29,782 nucleotides of DNA from a virus. Its lineage: Duplodnaviria > Caudoviricetes. The notes below the pieces were generated by a model. It was not told where the DNA came from. It worked only from the letters and a program-made list of their open reading frames with translations, and searched no databases. Within the stretch, counting starts at the first letter, position 1. Each line of letters starts with the position of its first letter. Positions 1 through 9,433 of this stretch are shown here, in pieces. The stretch is from positions 1 to 29,782 of the IMG/VR virus record IMGVR_UViG_3300009095_000053; one strand, 5' to 3'. The position numbers were made by a program, and so were the translations under genes.

Positions 1-309
1 ATCGAGGACCTCCAGGCGACGCCCGCCGCGGTACGTTTCTTGTCAATCGAACCTCTGCTAGGTCCGCTTCCTGATTTGGACCTGGACGGTATCCACTGGG
101 TCATCGTTGGCGGCGAGAGCGGGCTCGGTGCTCGTCTAATGCAGACTGATTGGGTGCGAGATATCCGCGGCCAATGCCAGCGCGCGGGAGTCCCGTTCTT
201 CTTCAAGCAATGGGGCGGAGTCCTGAAGAAGCGCGCCGGGCGCGAACTCGATGGCCGCACGTGGAGTGAAATGCCCGCGGGACAGCGAGAGCGCCATGGA
301 ACCGGATGA
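1..309 (+). CDS. DUF5131 / phage Gp37-Gp68 family protein, C-terminal part (5' truncated by window)
   Basis: Frame open from base 1: [23 protein letters not shown]...[14 protein letters not shown]...WVRDIRGQC...[11 protein letters not shown], the typical C-terminal motifs of this family. Confidence 0.92.
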   Translation: MEDLQATPAAVRFLSIEPLLGPLPDLDLDGIHWVIVGGESGLGARLMQTDWVRDIRGQCQRAGVPFFFKQWGGVLKKRAGRELDGRTWSEMPAGQRERHGTG

Positions 310-529
310 AGACGAGGACCCGACGCGCATGTGCGCTAAGTGCGGCCAGCGGCCTCGCTGGAGCAAGCACATGAACTGTCGAAACTGCGTGGTCTGCAGC
401 GGCAAGAAGGTCAGCTACTGCATCCTGCGCCGAAAGAAGGACGCGCCAGTCGCCACGCCAGAGCAGCTCCGCGAGAATAGGCGCCAGCGTCAGCGCAACC
501 AATACGGACGACGAACTCTCGGCAGCTGA
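296..529 (+). CDS. Small Cys-rich hypothetical protein (possible zinc finger), 77 aa
   Basis: ATG at 296 overlaps the end of DUF5131; CAKC and CRNCVVC motifs; basic C-terminus. Confidence 0.6.
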   Translation: MEPDEDEDPTRMCAKCGQRPRWSKHMNCRNCVVCSGKKVSYCILRRKKDAPVATPEQLRENRRQRQRNQYGRRTLGS

Positions 530-543
530 GTCTGCCCCAACCT

Positions 544-575
544 AGAGGGGGCGCACGGCTAGGTGCGCCCCTTCT
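544..575 (+). terminator. GC-rich intergenic stem-loop (possible terminator or processing site)
   Basis: AGAGGGGGCGCAC-ggctag-GTGCGCCCCTTCT, a 13-bp stem with one G-U pair; no long U tract. Confidence 0.4.
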
Positions 576-599
576 CGAACGAAGCTCAGGAGATCAGAA

Positions 600-938
600 A
601 TGGCTACCGAAAGTGTATCCCGACAACAGGCGCACGCCACAGCGCGAGACCGATACCACGAGCAGCAAGCCCTTGCGCAGGATGTGTGCACAGTGGTCAA
701 GCCCGAGGGGCTGATGCTCCCGGCTCAGCAGCAAGTCCAGCTCGAACCGGCCGAAGCCACGCTCCAGGCGCTGCGGGAGCTCGTCGTCGAGTCTCGGCAG
801 CTCGTGGAGATCAACTATCACGACCTCGTGCTTGCCATGACTGACTGCGTCGCACAGCTCATCGCCACCAAGGACCCACGTTACGCCCTCGCTATCGCCG
901 GATTCGCCTTGCGCATCCGGGAGGAGCACCTGGTATAG
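600..938 (+). CDS. Hypothetical helical protein, 112 aa
   Basis: AGGAG Shine-Dalgarno just upstream of ATG 600; normal composition; flanked by hairpins. Confidence 0.75.
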   Translation: MATESVSRQQAHATARDRYHEQQALAQDVCTVVKPEGLMLPAQQQVQLEPAEATLQALRELVVESRQLVEINYHDLVLAMTDCVAQLIATKDPRYALAIAGFALRIREEHLV

Positions 939-969
939 TCCGCGCGTCAGGGCATCCCACTGCGGTATC

Positions 970-1012
970 CCCCCCCGAAGGCCTTCGTCTGGTCTCAGGT
1001 CCTTCGGGGGGG
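970..1012 (+). terminator. Strong intergenic stem-loop
   Basis: CCCCCCCGAAGG (970-981) pairs perfectly with CCTTCGGGGGGG (1001-1012); only short T runs follow. Confidence 0.5.
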
Positions 1013-1074
1013 AAGGGTTTCATGGCTCTTTTGGTCGCTCAGGCCTCTTGACAGAGGCCGTAGCGGCTTGGTCT

Positions 1075-1083
1075 TGGTAGAGT
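1075..1083 (+). promoter_or_regulatory. Putative extended -10 promoter giving a leaderless mRNA
   Basis: TG-G-TAGAGT (TGnTAnnnT) ends 6 nt before ATG 1090; no Shine-Dalgarno is present. Confidence 0.45.
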
Positions 1084-1089
1084 TACGCC

Positions 1090-1707
1090 ATGCGTACCAT
1101 CCGATGGATCGTCATCAGCAGCTCGGAGACCGCCAATAGGTCTGGCCAGCCCGTGGATGTTTCGGTGGAACAGCTGCGGCAGCACCACCAGACGCACAAC
1201 GGCTGGAGCGACACCGACGCCCACTTCCTCGTTCGTTTCAGCGGAGCCATCGAGACCGGTCGCGATCTTGCGACGGTCGGTGTGCACGTCGGCGGATTCG
1301 AAAAGGAGGCCATCGTCATCTGCGTCGCGGGGCACGGTGACCTGCAGCCGTTCCGGTTGACGCAGCGAAGCGCGCTCGGCCAGCTGTGCGCTCGGCTGTG
1401 CAGACAGTACTCTCTCTCTCCGCTACGGGTGATCGGGCGCCGCGAGTCAGACGCGCATGGCGCGCCTGCGTTTCCCATGACGTCCCCCGGCAAGCTCGTC
1501 GACATGGCGGTCATTCGCGCCGATGTGGCCCGAGCGCACCTGTCGCCGGCGCCAACGCCGGGCGAACTGAAGCACGCAACGTTGTTGCGGCCGCCGCCGG
1601 TGCAGGACCATACCGACGAGCCTGCCGCGTCGCGTACGGTCTCGGATCGACTCGACCAGCTCGAGCAGCGGATGCTCGCCATCGAGACCCTGCTCGACGT
1701 GGCCTGA
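1090..1707 (+). CDS. Amidase_2 / T7-lysozyme / PGRP-fold protein lacking catalytic residues, with Pro-rich linker and C-terminal coiled coil
   Basis: WIVISSS..VSVEQLRQHH..GWSDTDAHFLV..G.IETGRD...VGVHV.G...I.IC..G...Q..AL..L...L...Y....VIGRRE...MTSPG follows T7 gp3.5 motif by motif. Confidence 0.85.
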   Translation: MRTIRWIVISSSETANRSGQPVDVSVEQLRQHHQTHNGWSDTDAHFLVRFSGAIETGRDLATVGVHVGGFEKEAIVICVAGHGDLQPFRLTQRSALGQLCARLCRQYSLSPLRVIGRRESDAHGAPAFPMTSPGKLVDMAVIRADVARAHLSPAPTPGELKHATLLRPPPVQDHTDEPAASRTVSDRLDQLEQRMLAIETLLDVA

Positions 1708-1751
1708 CTTGAGACACTGAACGCGCGTCCGAAATCGACGCGCTGTCAGAG

Positions 1752-1777
1752 TGGCCCCATTGAATGGCCCCATTGAA
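1752..1777 (+). repeat. Perfect tandem 13-bp direct repeat upstream of the ParB-like gene (candidate operator/promoter)
   Basis: TGGCCCCATTGAA at 1752-1764 and 1765-1777. Confidence 0.8.
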
Positions 1778-1794
1778 CCTGTCATACCTAAGAG

Positions 1795-2127
1795 GTGGCA
1801 ACGCTAATCGCTATTCACGGAATCGACCCGGCAAAGCTCGAGGTGGTGGCCGGGCACATGGCTACCCTAGGCGCCCCAACGCTGCGCGCCGTCGACATGG
1901 GAGACGGCGTCTACTACCTACTCGAGGGCACACACCGGGCGCACGCGGCGGCGCGATTGGGGCACACCGTGCAGCTGGATCTCGTCGCATACGACTATGC
2001 CACGATGGCCGACCTCCGATTGTGTGACGCGGTCCCTGGTCTCGACTCGGACAACACGTTCGACGAGATCCTCGGCGGGGCCGTAGGCGGTGACCGCCTG
2101 GTCGACTGTGAGGTCGAGGCGCAATGA
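1795..2127 (+). CDS. Stand-alone ParB/Sulfiredoxin-like domain protein, 110 aa
   Basis: P.LRAVDMGDGVYYLLEGTHRAHAAARLG matches the ParB-N 'Y.l.dGhHR..Aa..lG' motif. Confidence 0.75.
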   Translation: MATLIAIHGIDPAKLEVVAGHMATLGAPTLRAVDMGDGVYYLLEGTHRAHAAARLGHTVQLDLVAYDYATMADLRLCDAVPGLDSDNTFDEILGGAVGGDRLVDCEVEAQ

Positions 2128-2453
2128 GCCGCGAAGCAACCGTGACCACCAACCAACCGGAAGCAGGAGACCAAATGGACCAGGACGCAATCGACCGACT
2201 CAACGCCCGCTCACCCAAGGCCGCGCCGTATCTCGCCGGCGGCCGCTCCGCCAACGAGACCATGATCGACCGCGCTCTCGGGTGCGTGTCCGATATGGCC
2301 AGCGCCGATGTCCGCGGCGACGTCGTGATGGTCGGCGAGCACCGCCGCACGCTGGACGATATCTGCGCGTCGCTGGACGGGTATCCCGCTCCCGTCAGGG
2401 ACGCACTCGCCGCCGCAGGTCTGCGGTCGACTCCGCGTATCTCGCAGCGCTGA
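2124..2453 (+). CDS. Hypothetical protein
   Basis: ATGA overlap with the ParB-like gene; an alternative AGGAG-preceded ATG (MDQDAID) lies inside. Confidence 0.65.
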   Translation: MSREATVTTNQPEAGDQMDQDAIDRLNARSPKAAPYLAGGRSANETMIDRALGCVSDMASADVRGDVVMVGEHRRTLDDICASLDGYPAPVRDALAAAGLRSTPRISQR

Positions 2454-2527
2454 CCGCCCCTCTGCTCGCCACATGGGTAGCGAGTGGGGATGGCGGCCGG
2501 GGTGGCCACGCGAAAGAGAGAACATCT

Positions 2528-2890
2528 ATGAGCGCTATGACCGTACGTTTCCACGAGCCCATCAAGACCCGTAAAGCATCGGCCGTGCCGGGGGACGATC
2601 TGCTAGAGTTGACCCAAGCCGCAACAGATGCAGGCCAGCGCATCTGGCACATTGGCAGCAAGCTCAGGCCCCTTTCCGCTGGCGGCGACTACCGGGACGT
2701 GACGATGTTTCCTCGCACTTGGTGCGTCGGCGTCGACATCGACGCGCAGAACGAGAAGGAATATACGGTAAACGCCGACGATGAAGCGAGCGCCCGGGCA
2801 GAGGCGCGACGGTGGTCCGGTGGACGCGTCGTGTCGTGTGAGCTGCACGTCGAGCAATTGCCTGACGAGCGCGTGAGTCTGGTCGGCTGA
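2528..2890 (+). CDS. Hypothetical protein, 120 aa (start trimmed from ORF 2090..2890)
   Basis: Purine-rich GAAAGAGAG before ATG 2528 (MSAMTVRFHEP); the upstream extension is R/P-rich shadow sequence overlapping 2124..2453. Confidence 0.7.
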   Translation: MSAMTVRFHEPIKTRKASAVPGDDLLELTQAATDAGQRIWHIGSKLRPLSAGGDYRDVTMFPRTWCVGVDIDAQNEKEYTVNADDEASARAEARRWSGGRVVSCELHVEQLPDERVSLVG

Positions 2891-2893
2891 ATC

Positions 2894-3133
2894 ATGACCC
2901 GAGAAAACCCCTGCAAGGGCCGCGAGTCCGGCTGCACCGCAGACTGCGAAGAGGGTGGCCGCTGCGACAATTGCCGCGCCGCCCACAACGCGCGCGAGAC
3001 TGCCCGGAGAGCGGAGCGCAAGGCCGCTGGCAAGTGCACCGTCTGCGGGGCCAAGGGCGTAGTGGTCAACGGGGTGAGGCTGACCGTGTGCAAGACGCAC
3101 CGCGAGTACTATCGGGTGCGGGCGGCGGGCTAG
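2894..3133 (+). CDS. Small Cys/His-rich protein (probable zinc-binding)
   Basis: C..CTADC..CDNC..H..CTVC..CKTH; starts 3 nt after the previous stop; its stop overlaps the last late-gene stop (CTAG 3130-3133). Confidence 0.7.
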   Translation: MTRENPCKGRESGCTADCEEGGRCDNCRAAHNARETARRAERKAAGKCTVCGAKGVVVNGVRLTVCKTHREYYRVRAAG

Positions 3134-3411
3134 GGCTTGCGCGGGAGTCGGGGCGGCCGAGGCAGCGAGGTGGGGCGGGGCCGCGGCGCGCTCACCACGG
3201 GCAAGCGCACCGTGGTGGCGTTGCGAATCTGCGCCTGCTGGTGGGCCACGTCCTTGTAGGACAAGGGCAGGCTGAAGTCCGGGAGATCGCGGACGGGCTC
3301 GGGCGGCGGCGTTCCCCCGAGCAGGCGCCTGATCGTGCCGTAGGCTTTGCCGCCGAGCTCGGCCGCTTTCACGGCCAAGTCGAAGGCTCTGAAGATGACC
3401 GGGAGCTTCAC
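3130..3411 (-). CDS. Small cationic protein ending the lysis cassette, 93 aa
   Basis: GTG 3411 in a GTGA overlap with the endolysin stop; amphipathic N-terminus MKLPVIFRAFDLAVKAAELGGKAYGTIRRLLGG; Pro/Arg-rich tail. Confidence 0.65.
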   Translation of the reverse strand: MKLPVIFRAFDLAVKAAELGGKAYGTIRRLLGGTPPPEPVRDLPDFSLPLSYKDVAHQQAQIRNATTVRLPVVSAPRPRPTSLPRPPRLPRKP

Positions 3412-3995
3412 CGGGTGCCGCCCCCACGTTGGACGTGGACGCTCGGCACGACGCCAGGGCAGACCCCGGACACGTCCGCGACGGTTCGGCAGAAGCGCAG
3501 CCCGAGCCGCGGACGCCGCACGCACTTGACCGCGTTGTCGACGTTGCCTCCGATGGTCATCACCTCCGTAGGCGAGCCGCCGATAAAAATCTCAAAGTGG
3601 CCGTGCCAGTCGTTCGTCGGATACCAGACGCCGTCACCTGGCATCGGCGTCGTCGTCGCCGGGAAGTGCTTGCCGAGCGCCTGAGCACCCGCAATCCTGA
3701 CCGTCCCGAGGCAGCGGGAGCCGAAGGCGGCGCACCACGGATCGCCGAGCCGGGCGCCGCAGAGCTTGAGCCAGCTCAGAATCAGGCCCGCCGGATCGGA
3801 GTTGCTGCCGATGGGGTCCTCGGTCAGGCCGATGAAACCCTGGGCGGTCACGACGATGTTCCGCCGGGCGGCGCAGATCGTCTGGAAGTCTCGCGCCCAG
3901 CGCGTCTGTGGGCCCGGAATGCCATCGACCAGCAACGGCTGGCCGAGGTGGTTGCAGTGCTCGGCCTGGAAGGCCTCGACGTCCGCGGGCGTCAT
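3408..3995 (-). CDS. Endolysin: short peptidoglycan-binding motif plus CHAP-type Cys/His peptidase
   Basis: ATG 3995 in an ATGA overlap; L.VDGIPGPQT (PG_binding_1-like), IGLTE..GSN, PWCAAF, PGD, GH and TIGGN motifs intact. Confidence 0.85.
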   Translation of the reverse strand: MTPADVEAFQAEHCNHLGQPLLVDGIPGPQTRWARDFQTICAARRNIVVTAQGFIGLTEDPIGSNSDPAGLILSWLKLCGARLGDPWCAAFGSRCLGTVRIAGAQALGKHFPATTTPMPGDGVWYPTNDWHGHFEIFIGGSPTEVMTIGGNVDNAVKCVRRPRLGLRFCRTVADVSGVCPGVVPSVHVQRGGGTR

Positions 3996-4420
3996 GGGCC
4001 CGCGTCCGCTGCCAGTGCTGGCACGACGATGGCAGGCACGTCCTTCGACGGCGTAGCATCGGCTGGGCTGTTGCCGCCGGCGGCCGCTATGGCAGCGATG
4101 ATGACTGAGGCGATGAGCTTGGCCGCTTGCGAGAGCGGGCCCGCGTACTCGGGTTTTAGCGTCAAGACGATGACCTCGCCGAGGGCACCGAGGGCGCCGG
4201 CCGACGTGAGGCCCCATCTTCCGAGCCACTTGCCAACTCTGCCCGTCTCTGCCGCCGCAACGCGCATGCTCGAGCGCGGCGGCTCGGCCTCGCTCGGCGG
4301 GATGGAGGAAATCCGCACGCTTCCGAGCTCGGCCGTCAGGGCTCGCGCGATGACGTTGGCGAGACGTCCTCGCGTGGCGGCGTCGAGCTCGGCGGGCGGC
4401 TTAGGGTTGGGCGCGGCCAT
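3992..4420 (-). CDS. Putative holin-like membrane protein, 142 aa
   Basis: Directly upstream of the endolysin; two hydrophobic segments (WGLTSAGALGALGEVIVLTL and AAKLIASVIIAAIAAAGG); GGAG/GGAAGG before ATG 4420. Confidence 0.5.
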   Translation of the reverse strand: MAAPNPKPPAELDAATRGRLANVIARALTAELGSVRISSIPPSEAEPPRSSMRVAAAETGRVGKWLGRWGLTSAGALGALGEVIVLTLKPEYAGPLSQAAKLIASVIIAAIAAAGGNSPADATPSKDVPAIVVPALAADAGP

Positions 4421-4470
4421 CAGCCTTCCACTCCAGCCCGAAACCGGAGCGTCCAATTGGGGTGTGTCAC
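4420..4470 (-). CDS. 16-aa micro-ORF MTHPNWTLRFRAGVEG coupled to the holin-like gene
   Basis: Perfect AGGAGG 6 nt before GTG 4470; its TGA overlaps the holin-like ATG (TGATG). Confidence 0.5.
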   Translation of the reverse strand: MTHPNWTLRFRAGVEG

Positions 4471-4545
4471 TTTCTTCCTCCTACCGGTAGGCTTCTGGCC
4501 TCTTTGGTTCCAGGGTCGCAGCCCAGCGCCGTTCATTGTGATCAA

Positions 4546-5076
4546 ATGATCCTCCGCATTCTCGCGCTCGCTCTCCTCGTCCTGGCAGGATGCTCCCCGC
4601 TCGAACCCGGCTCGTTGCGCGTCGACCCCGATGACGCTCTCAGCTCACACGTGGCCGAGGCCGCGTTACGCATCCACGCCGCCATCGGCGTCACCATCCA
4701 GGTCGGCAGCGGCAAAGGCGCGGCGTTGCGGGTTCCAGCGCGGCTCGTTCCGGCTGATACGTTGCAACCGTCTGCGGGAACGCTGCCCAAGGGGTGCGAC
4801 TCGGACGCCGCGTGTGAGTGGTCCGGACACTTCGACGGCAAAACGATCTTGGTTAACGAAACCGCCAGTGCAGATAAGCTCGGCGCCACGGTACTCCATG
4901 AGATGGTGCACGCTCTGATGTTGTCGGGCCAGCACCTGGAGGACGTCGAGGAACTCGAAGACAAGAACGGCCTCATGAGCGCGGTGCGCGAGGTTGACTG
5001 TCTCACGGAGGGCGACCTCGATTTCATCTGCGGTCGCATATCGTGTGCATGGTTCGTTTCGGAGGCGTGCGACTGA
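4546..5076 (+). CDS. Lipoprotein zinc metallopeptidase (metzincin-like), inverted moron, 176 aa
   Basis: Signal peptide MILRILALALLVLAG-C16 (lipobox LAGC); HEMVHALMLSGQH zinc motif; Met-turn-like NGLMS; further cysteines. Confidence 0.85.
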   Translation: MILRILALALLVLAGCSPLEPGSLRVDPDDALSSHVAEAALRIHAAIGVTIQVGSGKGAALRVPARLVPADTLQPSAGTLPKGCDSDAACEWSGHFDGKTILVNETASADKLGATVLHEMVHALMLSGQHLEDVEELEDKNGLMSAVREVDCLTEGDLDFICGRISCAWFVSEACD

Positions 5077-5156
5077 AGAGTTCGTCGCTCACGATCAGGA
5101 TGGCCCCGCCGCGCCTGCTCGGTGATCTGCTGGACTTCCTGGCTCATGGAGGTCTT

Positions 5157-5789
5157 TCAGGCCGGGGCCGGAGCGAGCTGATCGATCGTGAACCGCAAGC
5201 TGAGCATCTCTGCGGTGCCTGCGGCGCCGAGACGCCATACGTGCGCGGTCGCGGTGAGAGTCTGCCCGGCGCTGACTTTGAAGATGAGGTTGCCGTTGAA
5301 TGCGTGGTCCGCCGTGAGGTCCCACGAGTCCGGCTGCTCGCGAAAAACTCCGTCGGAACGAGAGATCCGGACGAGACCTTTGACGCCGGAGTTGGCTCCG
5401 GCGGGGTTCATGCGGATGAGGCTATTCCAGCTAAAAGTGTAGGTGCCAGCGTCGAGCGGTCCGGTCCCGAGGGTCGCCTTGAGGACGGGTGCGGCACTGG
5501 TCGATTGCGTGGCGCCGGACGACTCTAGCTCGAAAGGCTCGCTCGTCGTGGCTCCGCCGACGAAGGCGGCGATCCTCGCGTCCACGAGGGCGACATCCTC
5601 CGGACTGGCGAACTCCTGCCAGTCCACCCTTGCCCCCACCTCTGTCGTGAGCAATTGCACGTCGACGAACGGCGTGTCGAGCACGAGCTCGGCCATCCAT
5701 GTCTTGAGTAGCGGCAGATCGATGCCGGGCGTTGTGAGAGCGATGAAATCTGCGCGACGATAGAAGCGGGTAAATTGCGATTCGGCCAT
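5157..5789 (-). CDS. Hypothetical virion/fibre-associated protein, 210 aa, beta-rich C-terminal domain
   Basis: GAAAGGA before ATG 5789 (MAESQFTRFY); follows the collagen fibre gene; the longer ORF-track start is shadow sequence. Confidence 0.75.
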   Translation of the reverse strand: MAESQFTRFYRRADFIALTTPGIDLPLLKTWMAELVLDTPFVDVQLLTTEVGARVDWQEFASPEDVALVDARIAAFVGGATTSEPFELESSGATQSTSAAPVLKATLGTGPLDAGTYTFSWNSLIRMNPAGANSGVKGLVRISRSDGVFREQPDSWDLTADHAFNGNLIFKVSAGQTLTATAHVWRLGAAGTAEMLSLRFTIDQLAPAPA

Positions 5790-5818
5790 GGTGCTGTGGG
5801 TCCTTTCGAGAGCGGCCG

Positions 5819-8671
<2,853 letters not shown>

Positions 8672-8674
8672 GGC

Positions 8675-9433
8675 CTATGCTCCCATCGAGCCGCCGCCGA
8701 ACTCCATCGAGCCGAACCCGTCCCCCTCGTCGACGGCGTCGATCAGCAGCACCAGCCACTGCTGGGTCGGCGACATGCGCAGCAGGATTTCCTTCAGCTC
8801 GGCAACCCGCGAGCTGTCGACCTCGGCTGGCTCGGGAAAGACCTCGCCGGAGAAGTAGAGAAAGTAGGGCCAGGTCGCCGGATCCGCGGGCACCGGAGGC
8901 GGAGCTCGGCGGGTCAGGTCCAGGTTGACGAGGTAGCCCGGGTCGTTGGCTAGCGTGTCATCGCAGTGCGGCGCTAGCTGTTCACCGGGGCCAGAGTCGA
9001 GGCACTCCCACGGGTCGGTGCCCTCGCACTGGTAGTCGCCCACCAGCGGCTCCGCGGTGTAATCGCGAGGGTCGCGCGCCACGTAGGGCGGACCGCTCAC
9101 CCACCACTCGTGCACGAAAACGTTCGTGAAGCCCGCGGCATGGATCACCCGCTGAATGTAGTCGGGCGATTGCCGCCCCTGGGTCGCCCAGGCGGCAGCC
9201 AGCTTGAGCCGCCGGTCCGCCTCGCTGCCTCCGGAGGACAGCGCGAACTGGTTCTCCCACGAGGGCAGCTCGCGCGTCGTCGGGGGGAACAGGTCCAGGT
9301 ACGCCAGGTCAATGAACTCGCGCGCGTCCCCGGGCATGCCCGCGAGGCCCTCGACCAGACGCCGCAGGTTCGTCCCGATCGTGGTCCTCCACGCCAGGGC
9401 GCGCGGGAGCAGGTGTTGGAAGAGGCGGAACAC
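8675..9433 (-). CDS. Baseplate protein, Mu gp48/YmfQ (DUF2313)-like
   Basis: FQHLLPRALAW...DLFPPTTRELPSWENQFAL...RRLKLAAAW.TQG.QSPDYI; TAGTG overlap with the upstream gene. Confidence 0.8.
   Translation of the reverse strand: MFRLFQHLLPRALAWRTTIGTNLRRLVEGLAGMPGDAREFIDLAYLDLFPPTTRELPSWENQFALSSGGSEADRRLKLAAAWATQGRQSPDYIQRVIHAAGFTNVFVHEWWVSGPPYVARDPRDYTAEPLVGDYQCEGTDPWECLDSGPGEQLAPHCDDTLANDPGYLVNLDLTRRAPPPVPADPATWPYFLYFSGEVFPEPAEVDSSRVAELKEILLRMSPTQQWLVLLIDAVDEGDGFGSMEFGGGSMGA

Noticed and set aside
1048-1053. Perfect TTGACA as the -35 for the pseudo-amidase promoter
   Set aside because: It is 24 nt from the TAGAGT -10, too far for sigma70 spacing; kept only as part of a palindrome.
1090-1707. 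Calling the amidase-like gene the phage endolysin or a pseudogene
   Set aside because: The catalytic residues are absent and a CHAP endolysin exists in the lysis cassette; the ORF has no frameshift or stop and keeps its structural motifs.
2454-2510. Intergenic GC-rich fold (also 19345-19370) as a structured ncRNA or tRNA
   Set aside because: Only short imperfect hairpins, as expected at this GC content; no cloverleaf or recognisable RNA motif.
4542-5147. 201-aa minus-strand ORF continuing the late operon
   Set aside because: No SD or motifs; antisense to the lipoprotein, which has a clear lipobox and HExxH motif.
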